Shown here piece after piece: positions 39,461-53,528 of a stretch of 64,000 nucleotides of DNA; the stretch's first letter is position 1; every line of letters starts with the position of its first letter. Under the pieces are notes generated by a model. It was given only the letters and a program-made list of their open reading frames with translations, was not told the DNA's origin and did no database searches. The stretch comes from Azolla caroliniana (Eukaryota; Plantae; Polypodiophyta): positions 15,760-79,759 of the forward strand of contig JBHGNT010000114.1 in assembly GCA_043228905.1 (NCBI GenBank), in the 5' to 3' direction. The translations under genes and the position numbers were made by a program.

Positions 39461-42400
39461 GAGAGGCGGATATCGGAGCGAAAGGTAAAAGGAATCCAAG
39501 ATAAGTTGGACACCGAGATCGCCGTTCACGCACAAACGACTACCGAACTCAATAAGCAAAAGGAGGAGGTAGCACGCACCAAAGGAATTATCACAGCGCT
39601 ACAAGAAACTGCACAGAAGAAGTGGGAGTGGTACGACGAATAGCTCAAAAATGAACATCAAATAAGTTGAGACGTCAAAACCCGCTTAAACAACCGAATG
39701 GGCCGGATTGAAGCACTCCATGAGAAGGAGTCGATATGGCAAGTAGTGAAAGCACATTACGAAGAAGTCATGGCTACCAATACAAGAAGAATTGCAAACC
39801 TCAAGACTACTCTCGAGGACTTACAAAGGAGGCGGGAATGCTTCGCGACGCAACTAGACAAGGGATGGGTCGGATGGGCGGTGCAGGCCGCAGAACACAC
39901 ATGCAGGGCTGATCGGGAGAATCGACAAAAAGACGGAAAAGGCTTCTACAAACTCAATGAGGAAAACATTGTTATGGTTTGCTAGGACCTTATGCAAGAT
40001 TATCAGGCCTTGGGAAACCATCAATCCGAAGAGATCCTATAGCTACTGGAAGAGTTTGGATACAGCCAAATCGACACTTCTTTCCAGTTGTAGTCTATCG
40101 ACACGGAGCAGAGGAAATCTGAAGAAGAGAAATGGGCGGCTTTTATCGTCCTCCCGGACAATGATTTCGAGGAGCACACAATTTACAAACCCCTGTGAAT
40201 AGAAGAAGAAGTTCCGGAGGTCACCACGATGCCGCACGTACCAGAGGCTGCACCGACCGGTGCCATCCATGCCACAGAAGTCACGACTAGATAGGCAAGT
40301 CGAGAGATACCACACGAAGAGCCACTACAAGAGCCTATGGCCTCGGCCAAAAAACTGCATGAAGAAGATACACTAACCAACGTCCCCACAAACGAAGGTC
40401 CACAACATGCAGAAACGCGAGAAACGGCATCAGAGTTGACGAGACCCAACGACCTCCCCAACCATGCACCAACGGAACCGAGTGGACTTCCTCACCCTAC
40501 ACCCACAAAAGCAACCGGGCCGATCAACTCTGCACCAATGACGCAGTCTCCGTCGAGCCCCCTCACGACTGACGTAAGCGATCGCTTGGGTCACCCGGAA
40601 CCAGACATAGGATATCCTTGACGACGAATGAAGGCCAGAGGTCGGTCCGACGTCCCAGCACTGTCCCGCAAGTGTGCCATGTGTTGGCAATCTTGGTCAG
40701 CCAAGTGGAAAAAGGCGAAGAAATGGGAAGGCACAGGGACAGTTATGGGCGGTAGCGTAATCATGAGGAGAGTAGCAGCCATAGCAAAAGAGTAGAGCAT
40801 AATGAATGCTTGTGACTGTGCACGCTCCAAGCGTAACCAACCATGACCCTGTATATAAAGGGCATGGAAAACTTGTAAAGGGCTAGCGTAGAATTTATTG
40901 ACAATCGATTCGTAAAACCACAAGATCAAATGATGCTGAAAAATACACAACACAGGCACACAACGATGCAGTACACAAAGATATACGTGGAAACCCCAAA
41001 ACGGGAGAAAACCACGGGAGAGCAAAAAGTTCACTATATAGTGGATGTACAAGGCAGAGATTACAACACTCTGATTATGAGTGTATCACCCACACAGGGT
41101 TCTTGGCGTCTGTTGTTACGCACACGACTATGGTGCCGCTCTCTCTCTCTCTCTCTCTTTCTCTCTTTTTCTCATGTCTCTCTTACACACACTTCTATTA
41201 TCATCACATTACTATGTTTGCCCTAGATGTATATGTATACTGATACATCGTGTGAACTATTTACAATTGTAGCCACTGCTACATATCATTACTATTATTA
41301 TTCCTATAATAATAATAATAATTTGTTTAAATAATCGACTCTCTGTTGTCGACTCTTCGACTGTCGGCTATCGATTGTGGGTTGTCGGCTATTTCCGAAC
41401 AATCGGTTCCTTCAACTCTTCGAGTGTGTCGGCTACTACCGAACAATCGGTTCCTCCCACTGGAGGGACATATCCCCAACAAACTCCCTCTTCACTCCTG
41501 TGGGAGGGAGTCAGTCAATCATGTCTTCTGTCGATAAACTCTAAGTCTGTCCATAGGTAGGTTCTTTGTGAGCATGTCGGATCCATTGTTATCTATGTGG
41601 ATCTTCACAAGTGTAAACTCTCCTTCTTCGACTTTCTCCCGCAACCAGTGATACCTTCTCTGTATGTGCTTGGTCTGGGAGTGATATGCGGCATTCTTGG
41701 CAAGATGTATGGCACTCTGGTTGTCACAGTGAAGCAAGAACTCCCTCTACTTCATCCCTATCTCGTTGAGAAAATTTCACATCCAGATCAGCTCTTTGCC
41801 GGCCTCTACCGCTACCATATACTCTACCTCTATAGTCGACAAGGCTACAGACTTCTGCAGTCGTGATTGCCACGACACTGCTCCCCCTCCATAGGTCATC
41901 ACATACCCCGACATGGATCGGCTTGAGTCTACATCTCCCAACATGTTCGAGTCGGTAAAACCTTCCAGCACAGGTTTTCTGACACCATACCCTAGGCAAA
42001 CTCCTGAGGTGCCTTTTAAGTACTTGAGTATCCACTTCACCATTGCCTAGTGTTCTCTTCTTGGATTACTCATATATCGGCTTATTACTCCCACAACAAA
42101 TGTTATGTCTAGTCTCGTACAGAACATAGCATACATTAGACTGCTGACGGTCAAGGCATATTGTACCTTCCTCATCTCGGCCTTCTCCTTCTCCCCTTTC
42201 GGGCATTGATTTGCATTCAACCTGCAATTTGTCGGCAACACCAAGCCGACCGGCTTTGCGTCCGACATGTTGAACGTTTCTAGGATCTTCGTCACATACT
42301 TTTGTTGTGACAACCGTAGCACCTTTTGAGTTCTAACTCGAAATATGTGCATTCCTAAGATCTAATTAGCCGGTCCAAGGTCTGTCATGGCAAACGACCT

Positions 42401-43095
42401 GCCTAGAGCTTTCTTCAAGCTTCCAATCTTCCTTGTGTCTTGACCAACTATCAACATGTCATCAACATATAACAAGAGAATCAAGAAGTCTCCTTCTTCG
42501 TACCTTTTGACGAACACACGGTTATCGGCCTGTGTTTTATGGAACCGGTGTTCCATCATGAAGGACTCAAACTTCTTGTACCATTGGCGTGAAGCTTGTT
42601 TCAGACCATACAAGCTTTTCTTCAGTCGACACACCAGGTTCTCTTTCCCTTTCTCCTCAAAGCCTTTGGGTTGCTGCATCTAGATTTCTTCTTCTAGCTC
42701 CCCGTGTAGGAATGCGGGTTTGACATCCAACTGCTCGATCTCTAGGTCCATACTACCCACTATACTCAGAACAGTTCGAATGGATGTCATCTTCACGACT
42801 GGTGCGAAATATTTCGTCGAAGTCGATGCCCTTTTTCTGTTGAAAACCTTCACCACTATGTGGGCTTTATACCTAGGCTCACTGTCGGCTTCTCCAGTCT
42901 TCACCTTGTAGACCCACTTATTCCTCAATGCTCTCTTACCTTTCGGCAACTCTACCAGGTCATAGGTGTAATTCTCGTGCAGGGATTCCATCTCATCTTG
43001 CATCACGCTCAGCCATTTCTCTCTGTGCTCGTCGACAATGGCTTCTTCATAGCACTCCGGTTTACCTTCATCAGTCAAGAGGATGTATTGACTGC

Positions 43096-46000
43096 TGTCA
43101 GGAATAGTACTAAAGCAGAGAGAGAATTAGTACTAAAGAAAAGAAGTACTATTAGTACTAAGAGGATGGGACTGCGTAAGATTCCCGAGAGAGAAAGAGA
43201 CAAGAGGAGAGAGAGATAGCGAGGATGAGAGAAAGAGAGATGATGATAACAACTAATATATTATGTGAAGGATAAGTACAAAGAGGCTAAGAGGCTTAAG
43301 ACAGGCGTTGAACCAATTTGGTTCAACATAATTCCTAGTGCCTTCTTTTATAGTGTTCTCAGGAGTAATCCTGAAGCTTCTAGAATGTTCAAGAGAAATC
43401 TAGAATATACATTAATTTCCTATAATAAAACTTAAATGAAAATATCCTACGTATTACAATAGATGGTATAATGGTCAAGAGCTTGGCCCATATAATATAA
43501 GGTTATGGGTTCGAGTCTTGCCATATCATGACACTATCTCCTCCTTAAGGCGACGAGTGGAACAAGTTGGTGTTGATTGCGGACCGGGTTTGTCCGGATA
43601 CTTTCTATGGAACTCAGCAAGAAGATCTTGAGCATTGGCGACATGCTCGATGGGTTCCCAAGTACGTTCACTCGGACTATAGCCGAGCCAATCGACCAAA
43701 TAATAAAGTTTGTTGCAAACAAATTTGGAGTCGAGGATGACAGCAACTTCATACTCCGGGCCAGCGTCTAACTCAAGCGGGGGCGGCGGTGGTGTAACAC
43801 GATCTCGAAGAGTGTTTGCTTTATAAGGTTCAAGAAGAGAACTATGGAAGACCGGATGTATCCGAAGATGCGAAGGAAGATCAAGGCGAAACGTGACATC
43901 ATTAACCTTACCAGTAATACGGAAAGGACCGAGTCGACGATAATCCAACTTTTCGCACGGTCGAGTAGTCTTGATGTGACGACGTAAAGGCCATACTCGA
44001 TCTCCGATGGCAAAAGAGGAGGGAAGCCAATGACGATCCGCATAAGTCTTTTGTGTCTGTTGAGCATGACAAAGATGAGTAGAGAGATCCATCTGGATCT
44101 TGTGTAGTCTTTCCAAATGATCCTCGGCACGAGGATTGGTAGGTAGCTCCGGGGTGTCGATCACCGACCAGCGAGGATGAGAATCGGTATAAGCGTAGAA
44201 TGGGGAGACTCGAGTCGAGGAGTGAACAACATTATTATACGCAAACTCCACAAAGTGGAGAATCTCGACCCAATCGTCCTGTTGATAACTTAGGAAACAC
44301 CGGACATATTGCTCCAGCGTTTGGTTTGTTCGTTCCACCTACCCATCAGTCTGAGGATGGTAGTCGGAGGAGAGGTTGCTAGAGACCTTGAGCATCTCTA
44401 AGAGATGCTGCCAAAATTTGGAGACAAATTGCGGTCCTCAGTCACTGATGATACTATCTGGGAGGCCATGATGCCGAAATACCTCACGCATGACAAGGGT
44501 GGCGGTTTCCTCGCTAGTGATGACCTTAGTACACAGCACAAAATGGGCCATCTTCATATATCGATCGACGACGGTTAAGATAGCATCGAAGCCCTTTGAG
44601 ACCGGCAGATCTGTGATAAAATCAAGACAAATAGACTGCCATGGCTTACTTCGAATCGGTAAGGCTTCCAACAAGCCATATGGATGGTGTCGTGGCATCT
44701 TTGCTCGGCAGTAAGCATCGCAGGTCCGAACGTAGTCGTCGACAAAACGTCGCATATGGGGCCACCAAAAGGATCGTTGAACTAGATCCAACGTCTTAGT
44801 GCTACTGAAATGTCCCGCCATATGGGTGTCATGACAACTTTGGACGATTTGAAGACGACAGGAGCAATCGGGGACATATACCATCTTTTTAAAGAAAAAC
44901 AAATCATCATGATATTCGAATTGTCAGTAGTCCATACCTAGTTGTTGAGACTAGGAACAGGATGCCCGAGAGGTATCAATGTGCGCCAGAATGTCTTGAG
45001 CAAAACTATCTGTCTTCAAGGTCGCACGTATGGCATCGGTAATCCGGTAATCCATTGGGGTGTGAAAAATCCACATTGTGTGCAATCGTGTGGGTCCCAA
45101 GATTACTTTTTGATTATCAAACGCTGGATCACCAGGATGAGGTGCAAGATTTGAACGCCATGATAGCGCATCTGCTTTTCCTTGCTGCTTCCCCGATCGA
45201 TATGTGATTTTGAAGTCGAAACGCGTGAGGATGAGGGAGAATGACAAGTAGGCTTGAGGGCAAATTTTCGATCCATGAAACAGGAATTAGCTCCGGAATC
45301 TAGAAGTGCTAGGACATGTACTGGGGAAGTACTTTTAGTACTAACCATGACTTGGGCTAGGAACAAATTGCTAACTTGCTTGGAGGGGATGGAACCACTA
45401 ATGGGCTGTACAGATCTAGGGTTGTCCAACCAAACAACTCCTATTTTGGCTAGACTCAATCGTTTAACTCTTCATCTAATTGACTAAGGATTTCAAATTT
45501 GTTTGACATACTTGGGCTATTAGTACTATTAATACTATCTGACACTCCTAAGGGAAGAATTGACTCGGGTTTAGTACAGGCTACAATTTGATTTACCTGT
45601 CTTCTTGGCCTATGGGGACAATTGATTGCGATATGCCCTGGTCCACCGCAATAAAGACATAATCGATTTGCATGTCATCATTGCTTTTCTTCTTCCGATA
45701 ACGGGCCACGTCGACGCATGGTATCGATCTCCATCGGTGTCAGAGTATTTGCTTGAGGTATGTCTCACGCAAACGGTTTAGCCGCGATTGAGGCGTAAGT
45801 GGGCTCCGGCCTAGAGCGTGGTATCTGTAATTGACGTTCCGAACGCCATTCAAAAAGGTGGTTGTCACATCGGACCGCTTGACTAATTGCCGCCGTAAGA
45901 GACTTTGGTTCTTCAGGGAATGTTAGAAGTAGATCTTTGACATCGTTTCGCAGGCCGTAGCGAAACTGCTCCATTAGTGCTTGATCATCCCAGGGGATAT

Positions 46001-46876
46001 TTGAAGCGAGTAGACGGAAATCCACCGTGTAGGTAGAGGCTGGACGATCGCCTTGACGCAATCATCCGATCTTGTTGATCGCCGTCCTGATGTTGTTAGT
46101 GTCTCCAAAGCAGGCTTTAAACTCACTAATAAAATCTTCAAAGTTATTAAGCAAGGGTGATTGTTTTTCTAGAATCGGAGCGAACCATGCTAAGGCTGAG
46201 CCACTAAGCAACGTGCCTATTAGGCCGACTCAGGATGCATCAATGGGGTATCGGGAAGGATGCATTTGGATGACCAATCGTACCTGATTAAGGAATCCCC
46301 AGAATTGCGATCGCATTCCATCAAATTTCACAGGAAGTCCAATCTTTGGCTCTTTATGAAATCCTTGGGGACTCGATCCTTGTTGTTGCAATGTTGCTTC
46401 GAGTTGTTGTACCCGTAACGCTAACTCCCCATGTTGTTGTTGCGTTTGTTGTTTTTCTAGAGCGATTTGTTGCAGATCCCCTATCAGCCGTTGGTTTTCT
46501 TGTTCCAAGGCAACAAATTTTTTTTTTAGGCACTGGAGCTCAGAGAAAACGGATTGATATTCTTGGGCGCTAACAGTAGCCATAGTATAGGGAAAAGGGT
46601 AGGAGTATAGTATAGTATGTTGTTGCTTTAGTACTATTCCTGACAGTTTGAACCAATTTGGTTCAACATAATGCCTAGTGCCTTCTTTTATAGTGTTCTC
46701 AGGAGTAATCCTGAAGCTTCTAGAATGTTCCAGAGAAATCTAGAATATACATTAATTTCCTATAATAAAACTTAAATGAAAATAATATCCTACGTAATAC
46801 AATAGATGGTATAATGGTCCAGAGCTCGACCCATATAACATAAGGTCATGGGTTCGAGTTCTTCCATATCATGACA
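43096..46876 (-). mobile_element. Tcn1-like chromovirus (Ty3/Gypsy), RT and most RNase H deleted
   Basis: 3' LTR 43096-43533, partial 5' LTR 46648-46876, TSD ACTGC/ACTGG; gag EPKIGLPVKFDG, CLYCGGPGHIAINCP, LLDSGANSCF; integrase with GPF and chromodomain. Confidence 0.9.
43526..44902 (-). pseudogene. Integrase with chromodomain
   Basis: CHDTHMAGHF, LDFITDLP, LGPFRI, EYEVAVILDSK..YLVDWLGYSPSERTWEP. Confidence 0.92.
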
Positions 46877-49719
46877 ACTGGCATATGTTGTCAGTGCTTT
46901 CCTTTCTCTAAGTGGGCATCTCTTTCCACTCGTTGTTGGCTCTCTTTCGGATGTCTCTTCCAACTCTTCTCTTCGCTTAGGTTCGTACACGTCAATCAAC
47001 ATCTCCATGTTGGACGACTCCAACTCATACTCTTCAATTGACCCTAGCAGCTCTGCCGACTCTGACTCATAGTCGATCGGTCTCTCCGAGTCGACTGACT
47101 TGGATTCCGCTGTGCCGACTGGTCGTCTCCGAACAGCCGACGTTGTCGCTTCACTTGACCTTAGATCAACGATAGTTGGGGTTGACTAGGGAGTCATATC
47201 TGACTTCTGTTGCATCGAGTTTGCAATTGTTTTATCTTCAAGAAAGACTATGTCCCGACTTCTCACTACCTTCTTGTTGACTAGGTCTCATAGCCTATAG
47301 CCGAAATCATCTTCCGAGTATCCCATGAATATCCATGCTTTCGACTTACTGTCGAGCTTTGACCTCTGATCCTTCAGTACATGCATATACCCCAAATATC
47401 CGAACACCCTTAGGTGTTGGTAGGAGACATCCTTCCCTATCCACACTCTCTGTGGGACATCACCCTTTAATGGTACTGAGGGAGACCTGTTGATCAGATA
47501 AACAGTTGTGTACAGCGCCTTAGCCCAATAGGATTTTGGCAGTTTCGCATGAGAGAGCATGCTCGTTACCCTCTCCATGATTGTTCAATTCATCATCTCT
47601 GCAAGCCCGTTCAACTCTAGGGTCTTTGGCACTGTGTATTCGATTCGAATACCTTGGCACTTGCAGTACTCCTTGAATTGCCCTCTATACTCGCCACCAT
47701 TTTTGGTTCGAACAACCTTCAACTTCCGACCCGACTCTCGTTCAATTCTAGCCTAGAACTCCTTGAAAACTGACAGTACTTTATCCTTCGACTTCAGTAC
47801 CAAGGCGCATGTCTTCCGACTATAGTCGTCGATGAACATCACAAAGTACTATCCACTTCAATGTGATGGAGCATCTACATAACACACATCTGTGCGTACC
47901 AGTTCTAGTGCAGCTTCTCTTCTTCTTGGTGGTCTTGTGTGGAATGTTGATCTGTTCTGCTTTCCGACTAAGCAGTCGACGCACTTCTCCAGGTGCACTC
48001 CCTTGACTTTTGGTAGAAGCTTTTGGTCGGCTAGCAGGTGCATTCCTTTCTCACTCATGTGGCCGAGCCTCTTATGCCATATCTCTCCTGTTGAGTCAGC
48101 TGCCACATTTACTTCCAATTTGCACAGTCGGGCATGCATCATATATAATGTGCCTTCTTTCTGTGCTCAAGACACTATAAGATTTCCTCGGCAGAACTTC
48201 CACTTGCCATTCCGAAAGTTACCACTATAGCCTTCGTCATCTTACCTTCGAGTCGATATCATATTCAATCTGATATCGGGGACATGTCAAACATCCTTCA
48301 AATTCAGTCGACACCACGTCGACGTCATCAAGCACACACTTCTAACTCTGGTTATCTTGCACTCTCCACTATCACCCATTTTCACGTGATCTCCAGCTAT
48401 GTAAGTCGAGAAATACTCTCTCGACGGAGTTATGTGGAACGATGCCCCGGAATCGATCACCCAAGTGCATTCTTCACTTGCAAGATTTGCATTTGTTTGT
48501 TCATAGAAGAACAATAGTTCTTCATTGCTCGTAGCAATGGCAGAAGTGTTCTTCTCATCAGGAATCTTCTTGGGTTCGACATTGTTTTTGAAACCCTTGT
48601 CTTTTCTCATGTGTCGGAAGTCCTTCTAGAAGTGTCCAGGTTTACCACAGTAAAAGCACACTAGCTTACCTCTGGATTTCGATCTAGCTTGGGACTTTTC
48701 TCTCCTTGGTGGACTTCTTTGCCGGTTCCTTCCTCTGTCCGAATGTTGTGTTACATTTGACTCTGACTGGGATAGGACTCCCTTTTCCTTCCTCCTAGCC
48801 TCCTCATTTAGGATGCTTGTCTTTACAATTTGTAAAGACAAGTTCTCTTCCTGACAAGAGGTGCTGAGAGTAACCACTAGGTTCTCCCAGCTATCCGACT
48901 GTGTGCACATTAGCAGAATGGCCTGCATCGCATCATCCAGGGGAAACTTGGTTGCAGCAAGTTGATTCACATACCCCATGAATGTGTTGATGTGTTCGAC
49001 GATGCTCTCACCATCCCTATATTTCAGCCATACGATCTTTGTCATCAGTGAGGTTTTATTGAGCGCGTTCTTCCTCTCATATAGACCTGACAACTTTTGC
49101 CACATCTCGTGTGCATTTCTGTCGTTCGCCACATGTTGCAAGACACTTATGTCGATGCATTGTCGGATGGTAGCCACCGCCTTTCTGTTAAGAAGTTTCC
49201 AATTCGACTCCAATACCCCCCTGGGTATATCTACTCTATCAACTGGCTCGTACAGGTCTTTGACTATGAGAAGGTCCTCCATCTTTATCTTCCAATTTGC
49301 ATAGTCTATGAGTTTAGAATTATCATGCCTGGGAAGCCGCTCACACCTCCTTCCATGCTTGTACCTCAAGCTCTGATACCAATATGTTGAGAATCGATTC
49401 GTAAAACCACAAGATCAAACGATGCTGAAAAATACACAACACAGGCAGACAACGACACAGTACACAGAGATTTACGTGGAAACCCTAAAACGGAAGAAAA
49501 CCACGAGAGAGTAGAAACTTCACTATATACAGTGGATGTACAAGGTAGAGATTACAACACTCTGATTATGAGTGTATCACCCACACAGGGTTCTTCCGTT
49601 TTAGATTTACGTGGAATCCCTAAAACGGAAGAAAACCACGAGAGAGTAGAAACTTCACTATACACAGTGGATGTACAAGGTAGAGATTACAACACTCTGA
49701 TTATGAGTGTATCACCCAC

Positions 49720-52700
49720 CTGGAAAATCTGGAGCAGTGGATTGTGGTGGCCGACAATCATGAAGGATGCAGTCGAATACTGTCGAAAATGTGACTTATG
49801 CCAGTGAATAGGTCAACCAACCGAAAAAGACAGAAGGCCATTTCAACCTGTCTTACCTCTGGAGCCGTTCCAGAAATGGGGACTAGATTTCGTCGGCCCA
49901 TTTAAACCAGCAGCAATGAGAACAAGAAAACGATATATTATAGTGGCTACCGATTACTACACTAAATGGGTAGAAGCTAAACCCTTACGAGATAACACGG
50001 CAGCATCAACAGCAAAATTCTTATACGAAAGTATATGGTGCCGATTTTGGTGTCCCATCAAATTAGTAAGCGATCAAGGTACTCATTTCATTAATAAAAT
50101 TATACATGAATTATCAACATATTATGTTGTAGTGCATAAGGAAAGTACCCCTTACTACCCACAAGCTAATGGACTAGCAGAATCCACAAACAAAATACTG
50201 CAAATGATTCTCAAGAAAATTGTCAATGAGAATAGAACAGATTGGGATCAAAAGTTAAATAGTGCTCTATGGGCATATCGTACATCATATAAGACGGCTC
50301 TTAAATCCACTCCATTTAGAATGGCATTTGGATTAGAAGCGGTAATGTCGATAGAATTTCAAGTTCTAACACTGCGAATACAACTTACCGAAAGACTAGA
50401 TGAAGAAAAATCAGAACATGTTCGGAAGCAACAACTATTGTTGTTAGAGGAAAGTCGAATTCAAGCAATGTCGGCATTAAAGAAAAAACGACAAACAAAG
50501 GCATTTGTAGACCGACATAGAAGTAAAAAAGAAAACCAATTTGAAGTTGGAAAATCGGTTTTAGTTTTTCAAACTAAAATGGGGTCTATGCCTAGAAAAC
50601 TTCGATTCTGGTGGATAGGACCATTCTAGATTGTTAATAGTAAAAATGGTATGTATCAAGTTGGCACACTGACAGGAGGAATTTTACCAAAATGGGTAAA
50701 TGGTTTTCAGCTCAAACCCTATCACGGGTCAATGCCGGAAAATCCGTTTCGGGTTAAATCAGACACAACGTGACGTGGCATACGTCACACAAATGTAAAT
50801 ATTATTATTATTATAAAAAAATTCAAAATCAAATATTGGCAATAGAACTAACTGTCATGACTAGACATTCTTGGCATGGTCGTTTTCAGACAATAAGTTA
50901 AATAGTGGTCAGGAATCATCCAACCATTAATACGAGTGGTGGTGCTATTATTGCTATTTCTAGAACTATTACTTTCATTAATAGTAGCTCTGTTATTCCC
51001 TAGGCATCATGCAACGATTTATTTCATTAAAACCTATTCTTTCATCTTGTGTCTCACCACAGAAACAGAAACTCCTTCGCGCACAAAACTTTTCTATTAT
51101 CAATCACCATAGACAAAGTCCTTCGTTGCCTTCACTACAAAACTATGATCTTTCTGTTGAAGAAGAACTCATGCTGATCGCGGTCTCTGATAACCTTTGA
51201 CAGTGGCTTGTCGACAAGGGTCTACAAGGCTATTTGAAAGTCGTAGATATAGATACTCACCCAAGAGCTACTGAAATCCTCCAACGAATTGACGTGGCCA
51301 AGATTACAAATAAACAAGTACGTCGCGTTCTGAATTTAAAAAGGGAAGGGTTTGTTGCAGTCCAGAAGATGGACAAGGAGATGTTGCGTTCGTATTTCGG
51401 TGAATACTCCCCGTCAGCAAAAGCCTATCAGACAAATGGAGGGGAAGATGAATTCTTTCACGAAGTGGCAAATTTCTTACTTGAGGTAGGATTCGTCAGC
51501 CCCAGGTTTTACTGCATGCCGAAAAAGCGGGCAGGCTTTATTATTGCCACTTATGAAGGCAAAAAATTTGATTGGGGATTATTGATGGCAGAAGCTCTCA
51601 TAGAGCAGTTGTTGGGGGTGCAAACAAGCAAGCCAATGAAGCCAATTTTTGCACGATGGTTGTTGGTGCTATTTCCGACACCGAGTTCAGAGAACCAACA
51701 GGAGGAACAAAGACAGACAAGGACACGAACAACTCCCAGAGCCAGAAGGCAAGTACAACGAGAGGAATGGCAAGAAGGAGGATTGATACAGGTCCATAAG
51801 ATTCAGTCGGAACCAATCCGACAAGAAGCTACACAGGTACCAGAGGCAGCACAGACTGCGAGGCCAACCTCAATGCCTCTTCCAACCTTACCACCAACTT
51901 ACCAACCCAACCCAACAACAATCAACACTGAATCGGAATGATCAACGGAGGCATGGCAACAAGTTCCGCTCCCTACTGAGGAAAGATCGCATCGAGTCAA
52001 GCAAAGGTCACAACGATTTCCACAAGCGCAGCAGGGTGAACCTGCACAGAAAAAGCAAAGAACGACGGGGCAAGTTTCACAACCGGCAACTCGTGTTAAT
52101 CCAAACAATACAAGAGAATTCAAAAAGGCCAAACATCGGTAACAACAGTACGGGAAGCGACAGGCTTTTCTGACATTCCTCCAGCAACGCACAAACTAGT
52201 AGACATTCTACAATTTGGTACGTCTTATGAGTTAGTAGAATGGTTAGCACACAAGTTACGTGAGGTGTCTGAAAGAATGACATAATATAATGATTCAAAA
52301 AATGATTCAAAAATCCTTAAGTGGAGCTGTCGAGCCAGAAGAACAACAGGAGGTTGAAAGGATAGGCCGATAGCGAAATGCCAAAAATAAGGGGGAAGCG
52401 ATACAGATGCCTCCCTTGCAGGAGGCACTGGTGGAAATGCACAAGGAATATGAATGAGCAAGCAGAGCAGCCAAAGATATGGCTGATTTATACAAAAAAG
52501 CAACGGCAGCGTCGGAAGTTTTGAATGAGAAATATACAAGAACGCAAGCTGAAAAACAAGAACTGTCGGAGAAATGCCAACAAACTGAAGAAAAACTAAA
52601 GAAAGCCAAAGAAGAATTATTAACACGCCAACAACCAAACAACCTTTCTGACTCTGAGCAGGAACTGAAACAAAGATTGCAAGAAGCAGAAGCATCTACT

Positions 52701-53310
52701 CGATCTGCAACAGCACGAGCAGAAGAAGCCAACGCAAGGGCCAAAAAGGTAGAAAGAGGCTACTTTTGGCTAAAACAGAAGTTGGCAAATGGCTAGATGC
52801 AAAAGATGCAGCAATACAAAGGCTCAAACGATAGCTGGCACAACAGCAAGAGAAGAAAAGGAAAATGAGGAGTAGATACTCGAATTAGAAGAATATGTGC
52901 GTATTCAGGAGGATTATTTTGTTGATCAGATGGTGGAAGCAGAGCTTAAAAGTATAGTTGTACAAGAGGCATATGAAAGACGACAAGCGACAATGGGAAT
53001 TGACGAATTCTGAATTAAAAAATCGTTGCACAAAACTCAAAGATTAGTATGAAAGGCAAAGATTGGACCTGTTGGTCACAGAGGCCAAGCTCATGCAAGC
53101 GGAAGGATCAACTACTGCACAAATAACAGATTTACGCAAACAATTGGCAGAAGCACAATACGGGGCAAGTATGGATGAAGAAAAAATTAAGGCAATATTG
53201 AAACGCCATAGAATCAACACTTTGAAGTTAGTATCTGATTCTTTGGACAAAGGGTGGCAAACATGGTCGAAATAGGCAGTCGAACTTCAACTATTAAGAG
53301 CTGACAAGGA
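49720..53310 (+). mobile_element. Gypsy E fragment: integrase plus accessory ORFs (relative of the Arg-primed family)
   Basis: Integrase ORF 49916-50629; accessory ORF 51234-51941; coiled-coil pieces to 53275 ending LDKGWQTW. Confidence 0.88.
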
Positions 53311-53493
53311 TGTTGAGAATCGAACTCAACTTCCCATAGGTTCACACTAGCCCATGGACATACCATGCTAGTTTTGTAAATAGTAGAAAGGGCACTTGCC
53401 CTAGCTTAGTTGGTATAAAACCAACACATTGTAACTTAGTTGTTGTTGGAAGTCTTATGTAATATACAGTTTGATTATCTCTGTCTTGAGCTC

Positions 53494-53528
<35 letters not shown>

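Larger units (their letters stand above)
36157..40895 (+). mobile_element. Gypsy C (Arg-primed family), 3' part: RT end, RNase H, accessory ORFs, 3' LTR start 40682
   Basis: APIVQPPDWTKPFHFFVDTS; integrase deleted; accessory ORF homologous to 11761-12930; LTR shares CCCTGTATATAAAGGG region with the 24510-24999 LTR. Confidence 0.85.
40896..49719 (-). mobile_element. Decayed Tork/Tnt1-like Copia
   Basis: 3' LTR 40896-41481, PPT ~41482-41496, iMet PBS 49370-49381, truncated 5' LTR from 49385; fragmented ORFs homologous to the intact 58730-62803 polyprotein. Confidence 0.93.

Noticed and set aside
43458-43527. Functional tRNA genes here and at ~24200 and ~57390
   Set aside because: Acceptor and anticodon stems do not pair; only the A/B boxes and spacing are tRNA-like, so reported as findings.
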